Assembly: GCA_038255145.1 (NCBI GenBank)
Contig: JBBSLP010000006.1
Span: forward strand, 57,028 to 121,027
DNA from: Acidimicrobiales bacterium
GTDB lineage: Bacteria > Actinomycetota > Acidimicrobiia > Acidimicrobiales > CAIXPF01
Direction: 5' to 3'
Length of the DNA stretch: 64,000 nt
The translations under genes and the position numbers were made by a program. Of the stretch, positions 56,121-64,000 are shown in pieces. The number at the start of each line of letters is the position of its first letter. The first letter of the stretch is position 1. The notes under the pieces are model-generated. The model saw only the letters and a list, made by a program, of their open reading frames with translations. It was not told the origin of the DNA and searched no databases.

Positions 56121-57011
56121 GTGCTCCCCAATGCCATCGCGGTCGCCAACGGCAAGGGCGGCGTGGGCAAGACGTCGCTGAGCGCCAACCTGGCGGGGTT
56201 GGCGGCCATCAGCGGGTGGCGGGTGCTGCTCGTCGACCTCGATCCCCAGGGGAACCTGAGCTCGGACCTGGGCTACACCGACGACGAGGACGTGAACGAC
56301 GAGGGCCAGCGCCTGCTGACCGCGGTCGAGTCGGGCCGGCCGGTCGAGCCCCAGCGCGACGTCCGCCCCAACCTCGACGTGGTGACGGGGGGGACCTTCA
56401 CCGAGCAGGTCGAGGACCTCGTGCGCCGCCGCCAGTACGAAGGTGACGACCGGGCCCTGAGCGCGGTGGACGACGCCCTCAAACCTCTGGTTGCCGACTA
56501 CAACCTGGTGGTGGTGGACTGCCCGCCCGCGGTTGGCTGCCTGGTCGACCTGGCCTTCAGCGTGGCTCGCTACCTGGTCATCCCCACCCGGGGTGATGCG
56601 GCGTCGCTGAACGGACTGACCCGCACGGCCAGCCGGTTCGTGCAGGTGCGGCGGACCACCAACCCCGACATCGACCTGCTCGGCATCTGCCTGTTCGGTT
56701 TCGGCGCCCAGGACGTTCGCCTGGTGGCCAAGGCCCGCCAGCAGCTCGAGGATGCCCTGGGCGGCATCGCCCCGGTGTTCCCCACCTTCATCCGCCACTC
56801 CCGCAAGGCGCCCGACGACATGCGCGAGCTGGGGTTGCTGGCCCACGAGTACCACCAGACGGCCGAGCAGGCGCCGACGTGGATCGAGGACCGCAACGCC
56901 ACGAGGTACTCGAGCTCGGCCGCGGCGCTGGCCCAGGACTACCAGGGCCTGGTGGGCGAGATCCTGACGGCGTTCGCCGAGCGCCAGGCCCGGGTGTCCG
57001 CCGCCGCTTGA
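56121..57011 (+). CDS. ParA/MinD-family P-loop ATPase (orphan, no adjacent ParB)
   Basis: AGGAGG at 56111-56116, then GTG GTG at 56118/56121. AIAVANGKGGVGKTSLSANLA (deviant Walker A), LLVDLDPQGN and VVVDCPP. Confidence 0.88.
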   Translation: MLPNAIAVANGKGGVGKTSLSANLAGLAAISGWRVLLVDLDPQGNLSSDLGYTDDEDVNDEGQRLLTAVESGRPVEPQRDVRPNLDVVTGGTFTEQVEDLVRRRQYEGDDRALSAVDDALKPLVADYNLVVVDCPPAVGCLVDLAFSVARYLVIPTRGDAASLNGLTRTASRFVQVRRTTNPDIDLLGICLFGFGAQDVRLVAKARQQLEDALGGIAPVFPTFIRHSRKAPDDMRELGLLAHEYHQTAEQAPTWIEDRNATRYSSSAAALAQDYQGLVGEILTAFAERQARVSAAA

Positions 57012-57075
57012 AGAGGTCCTGACGCCGTCTCGACGCTGGACGGCGAGGGCGACGGGGCGGGCTAAGGTCCGGCCC

Positions 57076-57522
57076 GTGGACGACCTGTCAGCGATGGGCC
57101 TCGCGCTCGAAGAGGCCCGACTCGCCCTCGAGCACGGTGACGTGCCCATCGGGGCCGTGGCCCTGTTGGGGGGCGAGGTCGTGGCCCGGGCCCACAACGA
57201 GCGCGAGAAGCGCCAGGACCCCACCGCCCACGCCGAGGTGCTGCTCGTCCAGCAGGTGGCGGCGCAGACAGGGTCGTGGCGGCTGGGCGGGCTGACGGTG
57301 GTGGTGACGCTCGAGCCCTGCATCATGTGCGCCGGCGCCCTGCTGTCGGGCCGGGTGGATCGGGTGGTCTACGGGGCCGACGATCCCAAGGGCGGGGCCA
57401 CGGGGTCGCTGTACAACGTGTTCGCCGATCCCCGGCTGAACCACGAGGTGGCGCTGACGGCCCGGGTGCGGTCCGAGGAGTGCGGCGCCCTGCTGGCCGA
57501 GTTCTTCGCCGGCCTGCGCTGA
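57076..57522 (+). CDS. tadA: tRNA adenosine(34) deaminase
   Basis: PIGAV...HAEV (HAE zinc ligand/catalytic Glu), TLEPCIMCAGAL (PCxxC) and VVYGADDPKGGA. Confidence 0.93.
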   Translation: MDDLSAMGLALEEARLALEHGDVPIGAVALLGGEVVARAHNEREKRQDPTAHAEVLLVQQVAAQTGSWRLGGLTVVVTLEPCIMCAGALLSGRVDRVVYGADDPKGGATGSLYNVFADPRLNHEVALTARVRSEECGALLAEFFAGLR

Positions 57523-57596
57523 CCCCGCTCACCGGCCTCCCTCACCGACCCCTTCGCAGACCGCCGTTCGCGCCGGCTAGCCTGCCCTCGGTTCAA

Positions 57597-57686
57597 GGAA
57601 GGTTGCCAGAGCGGACGAATGGGACGGTCTCGAAAACCGTTGAGGTTGCAAGATCTCCGAGGGTTCGAATCCCTCACCTTCCGCCA
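57597..57686 (+). tRNA. tRNA-Ser (anticodon CGA), class II, CCA encoded
   Basis: Acceptor GGAAGGT/ACCTTCC, anticodon stem ACGGT/ACCGT with loop CTCGAAA, long variable arm, T arm GAGGG-TTCGAAT-CCCTC, discriminator G, then CCA. Confidence 0.95.
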
Positions 57687-57752
57687 CAGGGGTCCGTGGA
57701 CATTCACGGAAGTCCGAGAAGTGCCCTCTGAGCAGGGAACTTCTTCCCCTGG
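57664..57752 (+). repeat. Left direct repeat: tRNA-Ser(CGA) T-loop to 3' end plus ~65 nt downstream, including a hairpin
   Basis: ttcgaatccctcaccttccgccacaggggtccgtgg matches 59163-59198 at 32 of 36 positions. The hairpin CAGGGAActtcTTCCCCTG is also conserved in the right copy. Confidence 0.8.
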
Positions 57753-57961
57753 CGTCCGATGGCGTCGTACGTTGTTCGGGGAGCGTTGCTCACGCGGTTG
57801 CTCCCGGGACGGAGGTGCGCGGCGGTGCCACGGCGGGCGTCAGGGACGCGGGGCCTGGCGGGCCACGGACACCGTGCCGGGCGAGTCTCGGCCCCGGCGG
57901 GTGCGAGACCGCCAGCTCCCGCTCCTCTCGACCTGAGGCCGCGCATCTAGCGCTCGCAGGG

Positions 57962-57999
57962 ATCGTCCCGAATATCGGTCAATCGTCCGAAACATCGGA
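57962..57999 (+). promoter_or_regulatory. Two 17-nt direct repeats spaced 20 bp, each containing a short palindrome (candidate operators upstream of the HTH-MNT gene)
   Basis: ATCGTCCCGAATATCGG (57962-57978, core CCGAataTCGG) and ATCGTCCGAAACATCGG (57982-57998, core TCCGAaacaTCGGA). They lie 25-60 nt upstream of GTG 58023, in the only AT-richer patch of the islet. Confidence 0.4.
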
Positions 58000-58022
58000 C
58001 AAGAGACGGTAGGGTCGGTCCC

Positions 58023-58667
58023 GTGAACGTCGGTGCCCCGATCCTCGACATCGTGCCCGGAGCACGGGGCCGGATCCTGCAGGCCCTGTGCTGGACGCAC
58101 TCTGGGGCCTCGGGCCGGGAGATCGCTCGCCGAGCGGGGGTACCAGGCTCGACCGCAGCTCCGATCCTGCTCGATCTCGCCGCTGCCGGCGTCGTGCTCC
58201 AGGAGTCGGGCGCACCCGCCTACCGGTACACGCTGAACCGTGCGCACGTACTCGCCACCGGGGTCCTCGCGCTCGCAGGCGCCCATGCAGACCTCATCTC
58301 CCACCTCCGCATGCGTGTCGCCGAGTGGTCGACCCCGCCGGTGGCCGCCTGGATGTACGGCTCGACCGCCCGCGGCGATGGTGACCGGGACAGCGACGTC
58401 GACCTGCTGTTCGTGCTCCCCCACGGACTCGACGATGAGCAACGGCAACGCTGGCACGACGAGCAGGCGGCCCCGCTCATGGACGAGGTGTTCGACCTGA
58501 CCGGCAACCAGGCGTCGTACCTCTGGCACACCGTAGATACGTTCCTCGCGCTCGAGGCGAAGCGCTCAGCGTTCAGCGCCAACCTCCACGCCGAGGGCAT
58601 CGACCTGCTGCCCGACAGCGGCTCGTGGCGGCAGGTCAGCCAAGCCCGCTCGGCGGCAGCGACGTGA
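58023..58667 (+). CDS. wHTH-fused minimal nucleotidyltransferase (MNT-type antitoxin candidate)
   Basis: N-terminal ARGRILQALCWTHSGASGREIARRAGVPGSTAAPILLDLAAAGVV (MarR/ArsR-like wHTH). Then WMYGSTARGDGDRDSDVDLLFVLP (GSx2RGx5SDxD signature of the NTP_transf_2 fold). Confidence 0.85.
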   Translation: MNVGAPILDIVPGARGRILQALCWTHSGASGREIARRAGVPGSTAAPILLDLAAAGVVLQESGAPAYRYTLNRAHVLATGVLALAGAHADLISHLRMRVAEWSTPPVAAWMYGSTARGDGDRDSDVDLLFVLPHGLDDEQRQRWHDEQAAPLMDEVFDLTGNQASYLWHTVDTFLALEAKRSAFSANLHAEGIDLLPDSGSWRQVSQARSAAAT

Positions 58668-59110
58668 CCACCAAGCGAGGAAGCACTCGGCCGTGCAACC
58701 GGGCAGACGCCCGCGTGCGGCTCGACGACGCGTCCAGGTTCCTCGCCGCCGTCGACGCGCTCGCGACCGCCGCGGTCGACGTCGGGAACGACGTGCTGGC
58801 CACGAACGCCATCTACGCGGCGATCGCCGCCGCCGACGCCTACTGCTGCGCCACGCTCGGCCAACGGTCCGCTTCGGGTGACCACTCCGATGCCGCTGCG
58901 CTGCTCCGAGGGGCCGACCGGAAGCTCGGCACCGAGTTCGCCAAGGTGCTCGGGTACAAGAACGCCGCCGCCTACGAGACCCGAGAGACGACCGACGACG
59001 AGGTCAAGACCTGCCGGCGGGTCGCCGCCAGGCTGATCGAGGCCGCCCAGCAGGCGCTGCAGGCCGCCGCGCGTAACCCCTGGGTCACTCCCGATCGGTC
59101 GGCGTCGTAA
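58664..59110 (+). CDS. HEPN-domain protein (toxin candidate)
   Basis: GTG 58664 overlaps the upstream TGA (GTGA). 148 aa, predicted all-helical, with ATLGQRSASGDHSDAAALL carrying an Rx5H motif. Gene order MNT then HEPN. Confidence 0.72.
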   Translation: MTTKRGSTRPCNRADARVRLDDASRFLAAVDALATAAVDVGNDVLATNAIYAAIAAADAYCCATLGQRSASGDHSDAAALLRGADRKLGTEFAKVLGYKNAAAYETRETTDDEVKTCRRVAARLIEAAQQALQAAARNPWVTPDRSAS

Positions 59111-59162
59111 AGCTCAAGCAACTGCTCTGAGCTGCGAATCCGCGATCGACCCGTCGGCCGAC

Positions 59163-59248
59163 TTCGAACCCCTCACCTTCGGCCACCGGGGTCCGTAGCA
59201 GCCAGCTGAAATCCCCCTGTACTCCCTGACCAGGGATCTTCTTCCTGG
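59163..59248 (+). repeat. Right direct repeat: orphan tRNA-Ser 3' fragment plus hairpin
   Basis: ttcgaacccctcaccttcggccaccggggtccgtag ... CCAGGGAtcttctTCCTGG. See the left repeat. Confidence 0.8.
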
Positions 59249-59405
59249 TCGACCGGCTGAGGCAGGTGGCCACCGTCCACGTGGTCGACGGTGCGGGCTG
59301 GCCGGCTGTGCCCTGGCATCGTGGACCCATGTTCGTCCGACGCCATCCCGTGGCCGAGCGCAGTGCCCTGCTGGACCTGCGAGACACGCCGGCTTGGCTC
59401 AGACC

Positions 59406-59798
59406 ATGAGCTTGGACCTGTTCGTCTTCGATGGGGTCGACCTGCCCGACAACGCCGACGCCATCGCCGCCTTGCTCGACGAGGGGTGCCCCGGCGGGAC
59501 CAGGCTCACGCCGGCGTTGGCCGCCCTGGTGGCCCACCTCGAGCTCCGCTTCCCCGGCGGCGACGGCGTCGGTGGGGATTCACCGTGGGCGGCATGGCCC
59601 CTCGACGAACCCAGGGTCGGGGGCCGGGCCGTGGGCCTGAGCATCATGTGGACCGCGGACGAGGTCGTGCTCGACGAGGTGGTCGAGCAATGCCGCACGC
59701 GAGGGCTCACGCTCTACGACCCGCAGACCTTCACCATCACCAGGCTGCGCCCACCGCCGGACGCCCGCCGCCTCTGGTGGCAGCGACGGTCGCGCTGA
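59406..59798 (+). CDS. Hypothetical protein (130 aa)
   Basis: ATG 59406 (MSLDLFVFDGVDLPDNADAIAALLDEG...). High GC3. No motif I recognise. The track ORF starts at TTG 59394. Confidence 0.6.
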   Translation: MSLDLFVFDGVDLPDNADAIAALLDEGCPGGTRLTPALAALVAHLELRFPGGDGVGGDSPWAAWPLDEPRVGGRAVGLSIMWTADEVVLDEVVEQCRTRGLTLYDPQTFTITRLRPPPDARRLWWQRRSR

Positions 59799-59909
59799 AC
59801 CGTCGGCCGGGCCCGCCGCCGCGGCCCGGCCGCTACCAGGGCCCGACGCCTCCCTCTGACGAGACGTCGGGCGTGCGCAGCACCACTTCGCGCACGCCGA
59901 CGTCCTCGG

Positions 59910-60632
59910 TCACTTGAGCTCGTTGTCGAAGACGAACTTGGCCCGTTCGTAGGAACGGGCCCCCGCCGCCTCGTGGTAACCGGGGCCGTACACGCCGAAC
60001 CCGTGGTCGGCGCCGTCGTGGATCTCGGCCTCGCCCTTGGCCAGGGCGTTGGTGGCCTCGATGAGCGGCGTGTTGTCCGAGGCGGGCTGCATCTGGTCGG
60101 CGGAACCGAAGGCGATGTACAGCGAGCCGGTGTACGACGGCACGGCGAGGTGGGGAGAGTCGGCATCCTCAGTGGTGCAGAACGACGGGTGCAGGCCGAC
60201 GCCGGCGCGGAACTGATCACCTTTGTCCCGCAGGGTGACCAGGACCGACCGGGCACCGATGCAGTAACCGATGCAGCCCATGGGGCCGCCCCGGGCCGCA
60301 GCGTCCGACGGCAGCCACGCCAGCAGGGCGTCGAGATCCTCGGCGACCTGGTCCTCGGTGGTGCCCATCACCAGGCCCATCATCTTCTTCATCTCGTCGC
60401 CGCTGCGGCTCTGCATCGTGTACCAGGGCTGGGCGCGGTGGTAGCGGTCGTGGGTGACGACGTAGTAACCCCACTCGGCGATGCGGGCCATGGTCTGCTT
60501 CGAACCTTCGTCGAGGCCCGGCCCGTGGTGGAAGAACACCACCACCGGGAAGGGACCGTCGCCGTCGGGCCGTACGACATGGACACCCATGGGGCCACTC
60601 GGCGCTGTGATCATCTCTGTGCGCGTTTGCAT
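59910..60632 (-). CDS. Dienelactone hydrolase-family alpha/beta hydrolase
   Basis: PFPVVVFFHHGPG, nucleophile elbow GCIGYCIGARS, GLHPSF, and a C-terminal HGFG. Confidence 0.85.
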   Translation of the reverse strand: MQTRTEMITAPSGPMGVHVVRPDGDGPFPVVVFFHHGPGLDEGSKQTMARIAEWGYYVVTHDRYHRAQPWYTMQSRSGDEMKKMMGLVMGTTEDQVAEDLDALLAWLPSDAAARGGPMGCIGYCIGARSVLVTLRDKGDQFRAGVGLHPSFCTTEDADSPHLAVPSYTGSLYIAFGSADQMQPASDNTPLIEATNALAKGEAEIHDGADHGFGVYGPGYHEAAGARSYERAKFVFDNELK

Positions 60633-60769
60633 TCCCCAACTCTTCTCGGCGAACACAAGGTCCGCAACCGGTTCGGTGGCGCCGTAGGCTCCGGCGGCTC
60701 GCCGGAGCCGGTGCGCTGTACCGGCGGGGCACGCCGCGGCCGGTCGCTGGCCCGAGGGGGGAGAAGCCG

Positions 60770-61603
60770 ATGACGGTGGTCGATGCATGGGTCAACCTGT
60801 GGGACGAGGCGACCGCTGCCCGCTTCGCCGGCGACGGCAAGCTCGTCGACGTCCAGCGCTTCTTCGGCAAGGAGCTCGACGCCGGGCACGGCTCCGGCGA
60901 CGGCCTGGTGTCGGCCATGGACGCCGCCGGTGTGGATGTGGCCCTGGTCAGCGGACCCGTCCTCGACTGGACCCGCTCGCCCAGCGTGGTGGCCGACGCC
61001 TGCCGGGCCCACCCCGACCGCCTGCGCGCCGCCCTCGAGGTCGACCCCGTCCGTTCCATCCGGGCCACCTGCGACGCCATCGAGAAGGCCGCGGCCGACC
61101 CCCTGGTGGCCGCCGTGCGGGTGGTGCCGATGATGGGCACCGAGCCCATCAACCACCGCATCCACTACCCGATCTATGAGCGCTGCGAGGGCCTGGGCCT
61201 CCCCGTCACCATCAACGTCGGCGTTCCCGGCCCCAAGTTCCGGGCCCGGTTGCAGGACCCGCTCGACCTCGACGACGTGTGCATCGACTTCCCCGACCTG
61301 GTCGTCGTCGGCGCCCACATGGGCCACCCGTGGGAGGCGCTGATGATCCGCCTCATGATGAAGTACGAGAACCTCCACCTGTCGACCTCGGCCTACCTGG
61401 CCCGCTACGTCGACCCTGCCGTGGTGAAGTTCATGGACTCGTCCCGGGGTCGGAGCAAGCTGATCTTCGCCTCCGACGAGCCCCTGCTCCCCATGGCCCG
61501 GGCCCTGGCCGATGCCCGTGACCTGGAGATCGGCGCCGAGGCGATGGCCGCGTTCCTCGGCGGCAACGCCCAACGCGTCTACCGGGGCCTGCCCGCGGCC
61601 TAG
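60770..61603 (+). CDS. Amidohydrolase-2 (ACMSD/TIM-barrel metal hydrolase) family protein
   Basis: The ATG follows GGGGGGAGAAG. VDAWVNLW..., LVVVGAHMGHPW and LIFASDEP. Confidence 0.85.
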   Translation: MTVVDAWVNLWDEATAARFAGDGKLVDVQRFFGKELDAGHGSGDGLVSAMDAAGVDVALVSGPVLDWTRSPSVVADACRAHPDRLRAALEVDPVRSIRATCDAIEKAAADPLVAAVRVVPMMGTEPINHRIHYPIYERCEGLGLPVTINVGVPGPKFRARLQDPLDLDDVCIDFPDLVVVGAHMGHPWEALMIRLMMKYENLHLSTSAYLARYVDPAVVKFMDSSRGRSKLIFASDEPLLPMARALADARDLEIGAEAMAAFLGGNAQRVYRGLPAA

Positions 61604-61860
61604 AGGTCGCCCTCGGCGACACGGCGCAGGACGGCCACGAAGTACAGGCCCTGGAGCAGCGCTCCCAGGGCCAGGACGCCGAACAGCACGCGGCCCCAAC
61701 CCGAGGCGTCGATGCACAGGTAGACCATCAGGCCGAAGAGCACGGCGCGCACGGTGATGACCGCTTCGAGCGGGAGCCCCAGCCCGACCGGACCCTGCGC
61801 GTAGCGGCGGGCCAGCTTGTCGACAGAGCGTTTGACGGGTTCCCTGACGCCTTCGAGCAC
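61600..61860 (-). CDS. Small two-TM membrane protein, hypothetical
   Basis: 86 aa. VITVRAVLFGLMVYLCIDA and RVLFGVLALGALLQGLYFVAVL. Good GC3. Confidence 0.5.
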   Translation of the reverse strand: MLEGVREPVKRSVDKLARRYAQGPVGLGLPLEAVITVRAVLFGLMVYLCIDASGWGRVLFGVLALGALLQGLYFVAVLRRVAEGDL

Positions 61861-61878
61861 CCACCCATGATGACCGGC

Positions 61879-62436
61879 TCAGCGGGTGCGGTGGTGCAGG
61901 TGGACCACACCGTTGCCGAACCGGCGCTGTTCGAGCAGCTCGAGCTCGACCTTGATGTCGCGGGGCAGGCCGGGCTTGCCGCCACCGACGACGATGGGGA
62001 ACACGAACAGGTGCACCTCGTCAACGAGCCCGGCCCGGAACGCGCGCTGGGCCAGACCGGGGCCGCTGATGCTGATCTCCCCGCCGTCACCCTCCTTCAT
62101 GGCCCGCACCGCCTCGGGGTCGAACTCGCGCTCGAGCCGGGTGCGAGCTGTCCACACGGCGTCGAGGGTGCGGGAGTACACGACCTTGTCCAGGCCCCGC
62201 CACACCTCGGCGTAGTCGACCTCGGCCGCGTGCACGTCAGGCCCCTCCCCGATCGTCTGCCACACGGCCATGGTCTCGTACATGCGCCGCCCGTAGAGGT
62301 GGGTGCCGGTGGACCGTTCGAGGTCGTTGACGTAGGCGTGGACCTCGGCGTCGGGCATCGCCCACTCGAACGTGCCCTGCTCGTCCTCGATGAAGCCGTC
62401 GAGGGACGTGATCGCCGTGTACGTGAGCTTGGCCAT
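61879..62436 (-). CDS. Dihydrofolate-reductase-like (RibD C-terminal domain) family protein
   Basis: ATG 62436 follows GGAGGA. MAKLTYTAITSLDGFIED...HLYGRRMYE...GGEISISGPGLA...DEVHLFVFPIVVGGG. Confidence 0.85.
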   Translation of the reverse strand: MAKLTYTAITSLDGFIEDEQGTFEWAMPDAEVHAYVNDLERSTGTHLYGRRMYETMAVWQTIGEGPDVHAAEVDYAEVWRGLDKVVYSRTLDAVWTARTRLEREFDPEAVRAMKEGDGGEISISGPGLAQRAFRAGLVDEVHLFVFPIVVGGGKPGLPRDIKVELELLEQRRFGNGVVHLHHRTR

Positions 62437-62547
62437 GGGTCCTCCGGGTCGGTGGGTGACGTCCCGCATTGAGACGGTGACCGGCCGGAGAACTGTTCGC
62501 CGGCGTCGGCCGGGCCGAGCACGCGGACCCGATGGGGACCCGCTCCC

Positions 62548-63492
62548 CTACCAGCCGCCCCGCCGGCGGAGGAGCTTCTTCGCCGTCGCCGGCGCCAGGG
62601 CGTAGCTGGCGGCACGGGCCCGGTTGCGCCAGTCGCCGCCACCCCGGCCCACGGCGCGGCGGGCCAGACCGATCACCGACGCCTCGGCGGCCAGCTCCAG
62701 GACCCTGAGCTCGGACCGGCGCTGGGCGATGGCCTCGTCGACCGTGCTGTCGAGCTCGGGCGGGAGGAAGGCCCGACTCCGCTCGAGCTGGAGGATCTCG
62801 CATTCGATCAGGTTGCCGGCGTCGTCGGCCATGCTGCCGGGCACAACCCGGTAGAGGACGGTCGGGAAGGGCGCCAACGTGATCTCGACCCCCCGCGCCG
62901 CCAGCTTCAGCCACAGGTCCCAGTCGGCAGTGGTGTCCTGGCTGCGCTCCCCCTCGGTGAAGCCCCCGACCGAGTCGAGGTCGGCCCGGGAGACCATCGA
63001 GGCGATGAACACGTAGTTCCGGCGCACCAGGCGTTCGAGTTGCCGACTGGCGGGGGGGACGAAACCCCGGATGCGACGCTGGTAGGGCCGAGGCGGCTGG
63101 CCCGGCGTCCAGAACGAGGCCCGGGCCGAGACGATGCCGCCCTTGCGGGCGTGGAGGTCGGCGAGGACCTCGAGGTGGTCGGGGAGCAGCACGTCGTCCC
63201 CGTCGAGGATGGCGACGAGATCGGTGTCGAGACGCGCCAGGGCCTGGTTGCGGGCCCGGGCGACGCCGCCGTTGGTCGGCAACGCCACCACGTCGAGGGG
63301 GAGCACGTCGATCCAGCGAGCGGCCCGCTTGGCCGTGCTGTCCGCGGACGCGTCGTCCACCACCACGACCTGATCTGGCAGCCGTGACTGCGCGGCAACG
63401 GCGGCCAACGTCTGGTCGATGAACCGCTCACCCTGGTAGGCGCTGATGACGAGACCGACCGTTGAACGTGGTCCCGAGTTGCCGAATGACAT
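62548..63492 (-). CDS. Glycosyltransferase family 2
   Basis: GLVISAYQGERFIDQTLAAVAAQ...VVVVDDASADST...ARNQA...ILDGDD (DxD). Confidence 0.9.
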   Translation of the reverse strand: MSFGNSGPRSTVGLVISAYQGERFIDQTLAAVAAQSRLPDQVVVVDDASADSTAKRAARWIDVLPLDVVALPTNGGVARARNQALARLDTDLVAILDGDDVLLPDHLEVLADLHARKGGIVSARASFWTPGQPPRPYQRRIRGFVPPASRQLERLVRRNYVFIASMVSRADLDSVGGFTEGERSQDTTADWDLWLKLAARGVEITLAPFPTVLYRVVPGSMADDAGNLIECEILQLERSRAFLPPELDSTVDEAIAQRRSELRVLELAAEASVIGLARRAVGRGGGDWRNRARAASYALAPATAKKLLRRRGGW

Positions 63493-63544
63493 CGTGCTCC
63501 TAGCCTTGAACTTCCAGTCACGTCACCACGTTGGGAGACCGACC

Positions 63545-64000
63545 GTGCCGCCGCCTTACCGAACCAGTACCCCAGGGTCCACGCCGCCGGAACCAGTGGA
63601 AGTTCCGCCTTCGCTACCCTTCGATTCGCCTCGGCGAACCGATTACCTGGTGTTCGGCCGGCCCGACATCCGCGAGGAGGAGATCGCCGAGGTCGTCGAC
63701 ACGCTCCGTTCAGGATGGCTCGGCACTGGTCCGAAGGTATCGGCCTTCGAGCGCGATTTTGCGGCCTACACGGCATCAGCCCACGCGCTCGCCCTGGCCA
63801 GCTGCACGGCCGGACTCCAGCTGAGCATGCACGTGGCGGGCATCGGTCCTGGTGACGAGGTCATCGTGCCGTCGATGACCTTCGCGGCAACGGCCAACGC
63901 CGTGGTGCAGCGGGGGGCAACGCCCGTGCTCGCCGACGTCGATCCCCGCACGTGCAACCTCGACCCCGCCGACGTCGAGCAGCGAATGACATCTCGGACA
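63545..64000 (+). CDS. DegT/DnrJ/EryC1/StrS-family PLP-dependent sugar aminotransferase, 5' part (runs off the right edge)
   Basis: Open frame to nt 64000. DYLVFGRPDIREEEIAEVVDTLRSGWLGTGPKVSAFERDFAAY...ASCTAGLQLSMHVAGIGPGDEVIVPSMTFAATANAV. Start tentatively GTG 63545 (GGGAGA 6 nt upstream); GTG 63596 is an alternative. Confidence 0.85.
   Translation, partial: MPPPYRTSTPGSTPPEPVEVPPSLPFDSPRRTDYLVFGRPDIREEEIAEVVDTLRSGWLGTGPKVSAFERDFAAYTASAHALALASCTAGLQLSMHVAGIGPGDEVIVPSMTFAATANAVVQRGATPVLADVDPRTCNLDPADVEQRMTSRT

Larger units (their letters stand above)
57664..59248. mobile_element. Putative decayed tRNA-integrated islet (no integrase) carrying an MNT/HEPN module
   Basis: Bounded by the two direct repeats. 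The right repeat is a tRNA 3' fragment without a 5' half. The interior holds a 335-nt non-coding stretch and two overlapping genes. Confidence 0.5.

Noticed and set aside
57753-58022. Remnant integrase pseudogene in the non-coding part of the islet
   Set aside because: No frame gives integrase-like motifs (R..HxxR..Y). The ORFs here are short and GC-noise-like, and the space is far too small for even a fragment I could recognise.
59268-59290. Nested palindrome CACCGTC-CACGTGG-TC-GACGGTG upstream of the hypothetical gene 59406-59798
   Set aside because: It is real in the sequence but short and GC-rich, so it may arise by chance. There is no adjacent regulator or repeat partner, and the evidence is not enough to call it a site.

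Overview
Very GC-rich chromosomal segment of Actinomycetota type. Support: a WhiB gene, paired ArsA-type ATPases, and an ask/asd and dnaX-ybaB-recR neighbourhood that, from memory, resembles the M. tuberculosis Rv3679-Rv3721c region. I call about 75 protein genes on both strands, 3 tRNAs (Pro-CGG, Ser-GGA, Ser-CGA) and an SRP RNA. I saw no rRNA, CRISPR, transposase or integrase.

Content, left to right:
- glnA 3' end and a GlnR-like regulator
- a fused 2Fe-2S / short Mo-hydroxylase-like protein
- an Fe-S carrier module (erpA, SufR-like regulator, mrp)
- fxsA, then selA-selB
- a coiled-coil protein plus a trypsin-like protease
- whiB, nfeD and two ArsA-like ATPases
- a STAS protein and a receiver protein
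- an adenylate-cyclase/STAND/TPR protein
- asd and ask, separated by a 3-gene insert
- ethylmalonyl-CoA-type genes (meaA-like mutase, pccB plus epsilon subunit, epimerase, ccr, thiolase) interleaved with CoA transferase and thioesterase genes
- a LigC-type ligase and a FEN-like exonuclease
- recR-ybaB-dnaX preceded by SRP RNA
- tadA
- the start of a glycan locus (GT2, DegT)

Most unusual observations:
1. A 1.4-kb integrase-less islet bounded by imperfect direct repeats of about 90 bp. The repeats begin in the T-arm of tRNA-Ser(CGA). The only cargo is a wHTH-fused MNT / HEPN pair with two palindromic operator-like sites.
2. An orphan promoter-to-terminator unit of about 115 nt between thiolase and recR (candidate sRNA).
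3. A roughly half-size Mo-hydroxylase fusion protein.
4. selA/selB with no selC, selD or selenoprotein in view.
5. A frame-ambiguous membrane-protein region after tRNA-Ser(GGA).

All functional calls come from reading the translated ORFs and from motif memory. No database search or folding program was run.
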